Source: Tepidisphaeraceae bacterium
Lineage (GTDB): Bacteria; Planctomycetota; Phycisphaerae; Tepidisphaerales; Tepidisphaeraceae
Length of the DNA: 64,000 bases
Direction of reading: 5' to 3'
Assembly: GCA_035627895.1 (NCBI GenBank)
Contig: DASPKW010000178.1
Coordinates: forward strand, 5,033 to 69,032
Made by a program: the position numbers and the translations under genes. Positions 8,333 to 15,487 of this stretch are shown here, piece after piece. How positions within the stretch are numbered: the stretch's first letter is position 1; each line of letters begins with the position of its first letter. The notes below the pieces were generated by a model. It made no database searches and had not been told where the DNA came from. It was given only the letters and a program-made list of their open reading frames with translations.

Positions 8333-10035
8333 TCCTCCAGACCCGCTATGCCGGCACCAGCGGGGTGATCAACGGCATGGCCGTCGCCCACCTCGCGTTC
8401 GCCACCAACATGCTCCGCGAGCCGACTTTGTTCGAGGGCACGCTCGCCCAGCCGCTCCTGATGCGCGAGGCCATGGGCGCCTTGCACGGCGTCGTCGTCA
8501 GCGACCACCGCTACCACCCGCGCGACCGCCTCGCGTTCTTCGCCTGGCTCGCCGAACAGGACCGCGCCTTCCTCGCCGGCCTCGCCGCCAAGGGCCAGAA
8601 GGCGCGCCAGCGCGCCGAGGCGATCAACGTGCGCCTGGCCGAACTGGACGAAGCGCGCGAGCACCGCCTCCGCCCGTTCCACGCCGCCCGCCGCCGCTAC
8701 TTCGATTACGCCTACGAGTTGGAGTACGAGCTCCAGTACCTGCTCGACCCGGTCATCACCGTCCACCCGGATGAGATCTCCTTCGAGGCCTTTTCCCGCG
8801 ACCAGAGCACCTACGCCCGCCTCGCCGCCCGGCACGAATTGTTCGCCAAAGTCGGCCACTTCGAGTGCGGCACGACCAATATCGACTTCAGCGCCCGCCT
8901 GGCGACCGAAATGCAGCGGATGCGCAGCTACCGCGACACCCGCTTCACCTTCGACCCCGGCGGGTTCACCGTCGCCCACGCCGACGTATCGGCCGCACAC
9001 AAGGAGAAGAAGATCGAGCTCCCCGAGAGCTGGGTCATGGGCTTCCTCCAGGTCCACAGCACGATGACGCTGGAACTGACCCGGCTGCGAATCGCCCTGG
9101 TCGACATGTACAACGTCTGCCGGTTTTTGCGCCGCCGAAAGGCGCGAAAGTCGCCCCGCGCCCTCCGCTACGAGCTCACGCCCGGCCAGGTCCCGCGCGT
9201 CGTCCTCGAGCCGTGGGAACACGTGATCGAGCTTGCGTCGTCCCCCGTCTACGACGGCCCGGCCTTCAAATCCGTGCGGACGTGGGGCCGCGACCGCCTC
9301 CAGGCCATCGCGCGGCTTCTGCCGGTGTGCCGCGGCGTCGACGTCTACCTCGCCGGGTTCGGCCTGCCCACGATCTACGTCGCCGACCTCGGCCCGGCCG
9401 CCTCGTTCACCCTCGCGCTCTCCGGCTGGACCGACAACGACTGGACCGGCACCACCGCCCGCTTCGACCTGCTCACCCGCCCGCTCACGATCTCGGCCGA
9501 CGAATTGATGCGCGCGTACCACGCCATGCGCGACGTGCGCGTGTCGACCGATGCCGGCCTCGCGCAGCGCACCGGCCTGACTGTCCCCCAGGCGCGCAGC
9601 GCGCTCTCGTATCTCTGTCAGGTCGGCCGAGCCATGTATGACCTCGCCGGCCGCACGTACCGCCACCGCGACTTGTTCGCCGAGCCGTTCACGCCCGGCC
9701 AAGCCGCGGCCGTCGTCAGTCCGGCTGCCGAGGAGTCCGACCCGCGCGCCAACATCGCCCGCGAGATCGTCGACTCCGACAACATCCGCATCATCGCCCG
9801 CCGCCCCGTCCCGGGCGGGTACAAGGTCAGCGGCAGCGCCAAAAGCATGGGCGACAACACGCGCCACCGCCCCCTCTTCCACATCAGCGCCGCCGGCCAC
9901 CTCATTGAGGCCGAGTGCTCGTGCGCGTTCTACAAAAAGTACAAGCTGACCCAGGGCCCGTGCGAACACGTGCTCGCCCTGCGCTTGGCCCACATGACCC
10001 GACTCGATTCGGAGAAAGGAGGCACCACGGGATGA
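8329..10035 (+). CDS. winged-helix + SWIM zinc-finger protein (WH-SWIM retron accessory candidate)
   Basis: C-terminal SWIM signature CSCAFYKKYKLTQGPCEHVLAL (CxC..CxH). WH-like segment LAQRTGLTVPQARSALSYLCQVGRAMYD. The real start is ATG 8329 (MILQTRYAG), coupled to the upstream stop. The upstream 436 codons of ORF 7021-10035 are an out-of-frame overlap with the HEAT gene. Confidence 0.85.
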   Translation: MILQTRYAGTSGVINGMAVAHLAFATNMLREPTLFEGTLAQPLLMREAMGALHGVVVSDHRYHPRDRLAFFAWLAEQDRAFLAGLAAKGQKARQRAEAINVRLAELDEAREHRLRPFHAARRRYFDYAYELEYELQYLLDPVITVHPDEISFEAFSRDQSTYARLAARHELFAKVGHFECGTTNIDFSARLATEMQRMRSYRDTRFTFDPGGFTVAHADVSAAHKEKKIELPESWVMGFLQVHSTMTLELTRLRIALVDMYNVCRFLRRRKARKSPRALRYELTPGQVPRVVLEPWEHVIELASSPVYDGPAFKSVRTWGRDRLQAIARLLPVCRGVDVYLAGFGLPTIYVADLGPAASFTLALSGWTDNDWTGTTARFDLLTRPLTISADELMRAYHAMRDVRVSTDAGLAQRTGLTVPQARSALSYLCQVGRAMYDLAGRTYRHRDLFAEPFTPGQAAAVVSPAAEESDPRANIAREIVDSDNIRIIARRPVPGGYKVSGSAKSMGDNTRHRPLFHISAAGHLIEAECSCAFYKKYKLTQGPCEHVLALRLAHMTRLDSEKGGTTG

Positions 10036-10040
10036 TCACC

Positions 10041-10080
10041 GGAGGGCGAGGCTCCGTCCCGGGAGGGCGAGGCTCCGTCC
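10041..10080. repeat. tandem direct repeat, 2 x GGAGGGCGAGGCTCCGTCC (period 21)
   Basis: Identical 19-mers at 10041-10059 and 10062-10080, immediately after the SWIM stop. Confidence 0.9.
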
Positions 10081-10088
10081 GAGCCGTT

Positions 10089-10314
10089 CGAAAGCCGCGG
10101 AGCGGCGACAGCCAATTGCCCACGGCGCGAGCCGTGGGTGGTGCAACCGCGCGACCGGCGAAAGCCCCGTAGGGGTGACAGCGGCGCGACAAGGCGCACC
10201 GCTGCCGCCCCTGCCGGGGCTCGACCGCCCGAGGATCCGAACGCCGGCTGCGACGACGACCATACCCACGACTCACGTCGTGGGCTATCGGCTGCCGCCG
10301 CTCCGCGGCTTCGA
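10089..10314. repeat. pair of inverted REP-like elements, family 2 (AAGCCGCGGAGCGGCG.CAGCC..GCCCACG.C-loop-G.CGTGGG)
   Basis: Copy A at 10089-10141 and copy B at 10264-10314 are reverse complements of each other at roughly 85% identity. Each contains its own small hairpin (CCCACGGC/GCCGTGGG and CCCACGAC/GTCGTGGG). Confidence 0.8.
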
Positions 10315-10350
10315 TCGCACCGACCGATCAACCCCCCGAATTGACTCGAC

Positions 10351-10606
10351 AATCCGATCCGTGACCGGTCGGCAGTGGCCGCGGGACTTAGCAACCTGTG
10401 CGGCGTTACGCCGCGCGTGCCCCCGTGCCTGCCATTCGTCACGTCCCCGTTCGTCACTCGCGGAATACGCCCCACCCGGCCCGCTGCTGGGTGGGATCTC
10501 CGATCCCGCGGGCTTCGGGTGGGGCGTATTCCGCTTAAGTGGAACGAGCACGTCCTCGGGACGTTCGTAAGCGACGGCCCACTGCCGACCGGTCACGGAT
10601 CGGGTT
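10351..10606 (+). ncRNA. candidate retron non-coding RNA (msr/msd)
   Basis: A perfect 25-bp inverted repeat (10354-10378 with 10579-10603, extendable to 28 bp with one G:U) closes the structure. Inside are a small hairpin (10400-10414), a long roughly 75-nt hairpin (10460-10534, about 31 bp in three helices) and a further hairpin (10544-10568). The element lies on the same strand as the retron-type RT, 212 nt upstream of it. Confidence 0.5.
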
Positions 10607-10817
10607 AAAGCACAACGCTAATGAGCGCAACGAACGACACCTCGTTTAGCCGCGACCCGAAGGGCGAGCGACAGCGCCGCCCGCAGGCGAGCGCGTCGAA
10701 CCTCGAACCTCCGCACGCACTCGCGACGCCTTCCCCGCCATTGAAACCCGCTGCCGCCGTTCATCGCAGGGACGTTCGACGTCTGTCCGCCTCGCCCCAC
10801 CGCACTTTCACCCCGTC

Positions 10818-12209
10818 ATGCCCAGCTCCGAAAAGGCCATCCTCTACCACCGCATCACCCAGCTCCCCCCGATGGTGCTGCTGGACCGCATGCGCCTCCA
10901 CGGCTTCTGGCCCGCCGGGCAAGGCCTGCCCCCAGACCCGCCCGAGGAATCCGCCGAGCGCGCCAAGCTCACCGTCGAACTGGCCAACCTCCAGCCCGGC
11001 GGGGCGACGCCACAGGAAGCCGAGCACCTCCTCGCCGCCGAGCGCAAGCGCCGCTGGGCCGAGAGCAAGAAGCGCCGCGCCGAGCGCAAACAAGCCCGCC
11101 TTAAAGCCCACCAGGCCTGGCTCGACACTTGGAACGCCGCCCGGGCCATCTCGATCACTCACCTCGGCGAAGGCGTCAGCGGCGGGCTCGCGTTCAACCT
11201 CAGCGACGCCCCCCTGCTCGCCAGCCGCAGCCTGCCCGTCCTGCACGACGCCGCGCAACTCGCCGCCGCCATCCGCATCCCGCTCGCCACGCTCCGCTGG
11301 CTCACGTACCACCGCCGCGGCGCCACCCTCGTCCACTACCACCGCTACGACGTCGCCAAGAAGACCGGCAAGGCCCGGTCCATCTCCGCCCCCAAGCCGG
11401 CGCTCAAAGGCGCGCAGGCGTGGGTGCTGGAGCACGTGCTGTCGAGGGTGCCCGCCGAGCCGCAGGTCCACGGCTTCGTCCCCGGCCGGTCGATCGTCTC
11501 CAACGCCGCGCCCCACGTCGGCCGCGCGGTCGTCATCAACCTCGACCTGAAAGACTTCTTCCCCTCGATCACGTTCCGGCGGGTGAAGGGCGTCTTCGAA
11601 GCGCTCGGCTACAGCGAACAGGTCGCCACCGTCCTCGCACTCCTCTGTACCGAGCCCCCGCGCGTCCCGGCCGAGGTGCGCGGGAAGCGCTACCACGTCG
11701 CGCTCGGCGAGCGCGTCCTGCCGCAGGGGGCATCGACCAGTCCGGCGATCACCAACCTCCTCTGCCGAAAGCTCGACAAGCGTCTGACCGGCCTGGCCGC
11801 CCGCCTCGGCTTCACCTACACCCGCTACGCCGACGACCTCACCTTCTCGTCGGACGACACGAGCCGAATCAACTGGCTCTTCCGCGGCGTGCGGATGATC
11901 CTCAAGGCCGAGGGCCTCACCGAGCACGCCGACAAGACCCACGTCATGCGCCGTTCGGGCCGGCAGGAGGTCACCGGCGTCACCGTCAACGCCCGGACGA
12001 CGCTAGGGCGAGACGAGGCGCGCGAGCTCCGCGCCACTCTCCACAACGCCGCGAAGCACGGCCTCGAAAGTCAGAACCGCGAAAAACGCCCAAACTTCGC
12101 CGCCTACCTGCGTGGCCGCGTCGCCTTCGCCAGCATGGTCGACCCCGTCCGCGCCCCCCAATGGCAGTCGAAGCTCCGAGCCGCGCTCGGCGGGGCTGCC
12201 TCTACCTGA
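10818..12209 (+). CDS. retron-type reverse transcriptase with roughly 130-aa N-terminal extension
   Basis: RT motifs INLDLKDFFPSI, LPQGASTSPAITNL and YTRYADDLTFS. Retron hallmarks NAxxH (SNAAPH) and VTG (QEVTGVTVN). Colinear with my recollection of the Ec86 RT sequence (ISAP..LK..Q.W.L; LGY; LD.R..G). Confidence 0.9.
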   Translation: MPSSEKAILYHRITQLPPMVLLDRMRLHGFWPAGQGLPPDPPEESAERAKLTVELANLQPGGATPQEAEHLLAAERKRRWAESKKRRAERKQARLKAHQAWLDTWNAARAISITHLGEGVSGGLAFNLSDAPLLASRSLPVLHDAAQLAAAIRIPLATLRWLTYHRRGATLVHYHRYDVAKKTGKARSISAPKPALKGAQAWVLEHVLSRVPAEPQVHGFVPGRSIVSNAAPHVGRAVVINLDLKDFFPSITFRRVKGVFEALGYSEQVATVLALLCTEPPRVPAEVRGKRYHVALGERVLPQGASTSPAITNLLCRKLDKRLTGLAARLGFTYTRYADDLTFSSDDTSRINWLFRGVRMILKAEGLTEHADKTHVMRRSGRQEVTGVTVNARTTLGRDEARELRATLHNAAKHGLESQNREKRPNFAAYLRGRVAFASMVDPVRAPQWQSKLRAALGGAAST

Positions 12210-13257
12210 TCAACCGCGCCAGTTCGAGAAGTTCCTCCGACCGCTCCACCTCCCGCACCCACTCCTCCGGCAGCGCCCCGATGCCGCACCGCGCCCCGCA
12301 CAGCGCGCCCGCCAGCGTCGCGATGCTGTCGCTGTCGCCCGGCGTGTTTGCCCCTTCGAGGATCGCCGCCGCCGGGTCGTCCGGGTGGCGGCAGAACACG
12401 TACGCCGCCGCCGCGATCGCCTCGTGGGCCGCCCACGCCCGCAGGCGGTCCAGCGTCACCTCGGGCCCGACCTTCTCCCGCGCGTCGGCGATCGCGTCGA
12501 CCATCATCCCTGCCGTCGGCGCGCTATAGCGCAGCGCCGCCGCGGTCATCTCCGACGCGACGTAATCGGGCTCCTCGCCGCGCAGGGCCAGCGCCGTCCC
12601 CACGGCCATCGCCGCCGACGCCGCCAGCGCGATCGGGTCCCGATGCGTCAGCTTCGAATGCTGCACGGCCCACTCTTCCGCCTTCCGCAAGTCGTCGCGA
12701 AACACCAGCCCGAACGGGTACGCCCGCATGACCGACCCACACCCCCCCGCCGTCGCCCCGCCCGCCGTCGACCAGTGCGCGCCCGCCGCCAGCGCCCGGC
12801 ACCCGGCCAGGCACGCGTTCCCAGGCGCGCGGTGCCCGCCCTGCGGCCGCTCCGACCACTCGACAAATCGCTTCGCCATCCCCGTCATCGCCCGGTCCAG
12901 ATCCTCGCGTTCGTCCAGCAGCGCCCGCAGCACGCACTCGGCCATCTGCGTGTCGTCCGTGTACGGCGCCACGCGCCGCCCGTCCGCCCCCTGCCGGTAC
13001 AACTCAAACTTCCGCACCCCGCCCGGCCCATACCGCTCGCAGATCGCCCCCATGGACATGAACTCCGTCGGATGCCCCATCGCGTCCCCGATCGCCCCGC
13101 CCAACACGGCCCCCACCATCCGCTCCTCCAAAGTCGGCGCCGCCGCCGCCGCCGCCGCCGGACGCGCTCCCTTGCCCGCCGGCGAGCCGCTCTCCCCTCC
13201 GATCGAGTGCGGCACCCCGTCGAATAGACCGAACGTGGAGGAATCGCCTTCTGCCAT
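12202..13257 (-). CDS. ADP-ribosylglycohydrolase (ARH/DraG family)
   Basis: ARH motifs GAVLGGAIGDAMGHPTEF, YTDDTQM and GDSDSIATLAGALCGA. The 3' end overlaps the RT 3' end by 8 nt (convergent). An alternative start at 13119 would skip the poly-Ala leader. Confidence 0.85.
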   Translation of the reverse strand: MAEGDSSTFGLFDGVPHSIGGESGSPAGKGARPAAAAAAAPTLEERMVGAVLGGAIGDAMGHPTEFMSMGAICERYGPGGVRKFELYRQGADGRRVAPYTDDTQMAECVLRALLDEREDLDRAMTGMAKRFVEWSERPQGGHRAPGNACLAGCRALAAGAHWSTAGGATAGGCGSVMRAYPFGLVFRDDLRKAEEWAVQHSKLTHRDPIALAASAAMAVGTALALRGEEPDYVASEMTAAALRYSAPTAGMMVDAIADAREKVGPEVTLDRLRAWAAHEAIAAAAYVFCRHPDDPAAAILEGANTPGDSDSIATLAGALCGARCGIGALPEEWVREVERSEELLELARLIR

Positions 13258-13371
13258 GCCGCCATTCTACCGGCGGTCCCTCCCAGTCCAGGCCCAACCG
13301 GCCTATGCTCTACCGAACCCCCGCCGGCCCCGCGTCGGGACCGTGCAGCCAAGCCCCCACGGAGGAACCGC

Positions 13372-13668
13372 ATGTCGTTCCGCAAATCGCTGACGTCCCC
13401 GTCGATCGCCGCCCTGCTCGTCCTTGGCCTCGGCATCACCGCCCGCGCCGCCGAGCCGGCCGCCGGTGAAAAGCCCAAAGCCAAACCTTACCCGTTAGCC
13501 GTCTGCGTCGTGTCCGACGAAAAACTCGGCTCGATGGGCGAGCCCAAGGCGATCGTCCACGACGGCCGAGAGGTCAAGTTCTGCTGCGCCTCGTGCGAAC
13601 CCCAGTTCAAAAAGGACCCGGCCAAATACCTCAAGAAAATCGACGAGGCCGCCGGCAAGGCGAAGTGA
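13372..13668 (+). CDS. small secreted Cys-rich protein (YHS/TRASH-like metal-binding domain candidate)
   Basis: Signal peptide MSFRKSLTSPSIAALLVLGLGITARA. Motif CVVSDEKL...VKFCCASCEPQFKKDPAKY resembles YHS/TRASH domains. Confidence 0.55.
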   Translation: MSFRKSLTSPSIAALLVLGLGITARAAEPAAGEKPKAKPYPLAVCVVSDEKLGSMGEPKAIVHDGREVKFCCASCEPQFKKDPAKYLKKIDEAAGKAK

Positions 13669-13680
13669 CCCGCCCCACTC

Positions 13681-13702
13681 CCGGCACGTCACGGCGTGCC
13701 GG
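13681..13702 (+). terminator. possible hairpin terminator
   Basis: CCGGCACG-tcacgg-CGTGCCGG lies 13 nt after the stop. The downstream T-tract is poor. Confidence 0.3.
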
Positions 13703-13731
13703 AAATCCCCTTTCGATAGTTACGGACGGGA

Positions 13732-13780
13732 AAATGAGTGCGCTGGGGCTCGAACCCAGGACCTACGGATTAAAAGTCCG
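13732..13780 (-). repeat. att direct repeat, distal copy (displaced 3' fragment of tRNA-Lys)
   Basis: AAATGAGTGCGCTGGGGCTCGAACCCAGGACCTACGGATTAAAAGTCCG is identical to 29955-30003. Confidence 0.9.
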
Positions 13781-14049
13781 GGGCAGATCGGCGAGTTTCC
13801 GGGGGAATCATGCGATTCCCGCCCGCGCTTACCGTCAGACTTACCGTCCGGGCCGTTCTCCCCCGTGCTCCGGCGGGCCGAGATGAAGCCGGCCCCGGCG
13901 AGCATCGACGACGCGCTCGCGCGGATGGCGGCCAAGGTACGGGCGGCAATCGGGCGATCACTGTCTTCCACCGGACCGGCCCGGTAAACTCTGGTCTGAG
14001 GATTCTCTCACAGCGAACCTTATTGAGCGATCTTAAGAGGAGGCGGGCT

Positions 14050-14574
14050 ATGAGCGGGGCGATCCTTGGACTGGTCGGCGTGCTGATTGGCGCGACGATT
14101 TCGGCCCTCACGACGTACATCAATTCCTCGCGACAGGAGCGATTCGCAAGGGAGAGGGCGGCGGCCGATCGACTCGCGGAGACGCAACGGGCGGCCCGGA
14201 TGGTCGAGTACGATCTATCGCACCTCCGCGGGATCTGCGTCTCGGCTTTGGATTGGCAATATTTCCTCAACTCGTACGGCGACATGCTCGAACTTCCCCG
14301 ATGGGCAAAATGGTGCGAGATGCTCGCCCTTCACTTGCCCGCGGACGACTGGGAGACCATCACGTGCGCCGCGATTCGGGGCGACGCCGTCAAGGTCATG
14401 TGGGAAAAGGATGCCAATTCGGGATTCCCGCCGTTCGACAGTGCACGCAAACACGAGCTCGCAGGTATTGTGGAGCTCATCGAGTTCGCGATCGACCAAC
14501 TTTCGAAGTACACCGGGGTGAAGAGCCCGCGTGCCCGGGCTTTGGAGGCCGCCGCGACTCCCGAGGTTCCGTGA
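14050..14574 (+). CDS. hypothetical membrane-anchored protein (element cargo)
   Basis: N-terminal TM segment MSGAILGLVGVLIGATISALTTY followed by a helical domain. Visibly lower GC than the flanks. Start chosen at internal ATG 14050. Confidence 0.55.
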   Translation: MSGAILGLVGVLIGATISALTTYINSSRQERFARERAAADRLAETQRAARMVEYDLSHLRGICVSALDWQYFLNSYGDMLELPRWAKWCEMLALHLPADDWETITCAAIRGDAVKVMWEKDANSGFPPFDSARKHELAGIVELIEFAIDQLSKYTGVKSPRARALEAAATPEVP

Positions 14575-14727
14575 TTCGCGTATGGTTGGGCGCAGCGGGC
14601 TCCGATTTGCCAAACGCCATTGCAGCCACGATCGAGGGGGAGGGGTGTCCGCGAACACGTCTCCGGGGCCGATCGTCGCTCTACGGTGCCTTTCCGGCCC
14701 GCCGTTCGGCTTCTGGCGGGGTATGAT

Positions 14728-15009
14728 ATGGACATGAGCAGGGCCAACGACGTACAGGCGATGATCCGCCAGGTGCTGAGCCTCAGCATGTCCCTCCCGA
14801 CCGTGCGGGCGGTCGTCGGGATGTTGCACGAGGGGAAGACGGCCCGGGAGATCGGGGCGGCGGAGGGGAAGAGCCGGGCGGCGATCCTCAAGCGGCTGCA
14901 GCGGCTCCGGGCGAAGGCCAAGTTGTACGGCGTCGAGATCCCGGCGCCGAAGGTGCGGCGGCGGAAGGACCGCGTCACGCTGGCGGCTCATGCCAGGCGG
15001 GCGGGTTGA
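14728..15009 (+). CDS. small HTH protein (sigma-70 region 4 / LuxR-like)
   Basis: MLHEGKTAREIGAAEGKSRAAILKRLQRLRAKA is an HTH-like segment. Start at ATG 14728. Confidence 0.5.
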   Translation: MDMSRANDVQAMIRQVLSLSMSLPTVRAVVGMLHEGKTAREIGAAEGKSRAAILKRLQRLRAKAKLYGVEIPAPKVRRRKDRVTLAAHARRAG

Positions 15010-15094
15010 ACCGATGCCCGTAAATACGGGGGGGGGTAGCTACTGAAAATCCTAGGTAGCCCGGTCGCCGTTCCGGGGGTTAGACCGTCGGCAG

Positions 15095-15295
15095 ATGCCG
15101 CGAGCTTCTGATCACCTTCGGGACGCGTGCGACCAACTCAACGGGGCGTTCGCAGAGCTGGAGTCGCTGATCCGTAGCCGGGGGGCGGACCGCAATCGCC
15201 TCTTGGTGATCGCCCGGACGCTAACCGAAACGATGCTCGACCTGACCGTCATCTTGCGGCAGGTGCTGGCGTGGGAGCGGCGGAAGACAGGCTAA
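15095..15295 (+). CDS. hypothetical small helical protein
   Basis: 66-aa ORF with non-degenerate composition (LRDACDQLNGAFAELESLIRSRG...). No homology recognised. Confidence 0.35.
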   Translation: MPRASDHLRDACDQLNGAFAELESLIRSRGADRNRLLVIARTLTETMLDLTVILRQVLAWERRKTG

Positions 15296-15487
15296 CTCTT
15301 GCTAACCTTCCGCGGGTTCATGTCCCACAGCGAAACTGGACAAAATTGGGCGCGCGTCGCGGGACTTTTCCCGCCTCACCCGGTCGATCGACCTCGCGTA
15401 ACACGTTGCACAGCCGGACGCTCCGCAGGGAAGGCGGGGCGAGACGGTCGCTCATGCGGCGTCGGGGGCGTCAGTAATTTTGACACC

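Noticed and set aside
5819-9993. Long minus-strand ORFs 5819-7501 (560 aa) and 8272-9993 (573 aa).
   Set aside because: These are antisense shadow ORFs of the HEAT and SWIM genes, typical of high-GC DNA. Their composition is Gly/Arg/Ala/Val-rich with no motifs.
10388-10392. Assigning the msr branching guanosine to the UUAGC motif.
   Set aside because: The motif resembles the Ec86 context, but it lies 10 nt away from the closing stem. The sequence alone cannot support the assignment.
10621-11942. ORFs 10621-11550 (+) and 10761-11942 (-), which overlap the RT gene.
   Set aside because: Their sequences are Pro/Ser/Ala/Arg low-complexity. The RT frame carries all the canonical motifs.
13138-13161. 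The (GCC)n trinucleotide tract as an independent repeat feature.
   Set aside because: It lies inside the ARH reading frame and encodes Ala8. It is noted only as a start-site uncertainty and possible slippage site.
13810-14049. The upstream 80 codons of ORF 13810-14574.
   Set aside because: The stretch is Arg/Ala/Gly-rich and lies in the att arm region containing the CTTACCGTC motifs. Protein-like sequence starts at ATG 14050.
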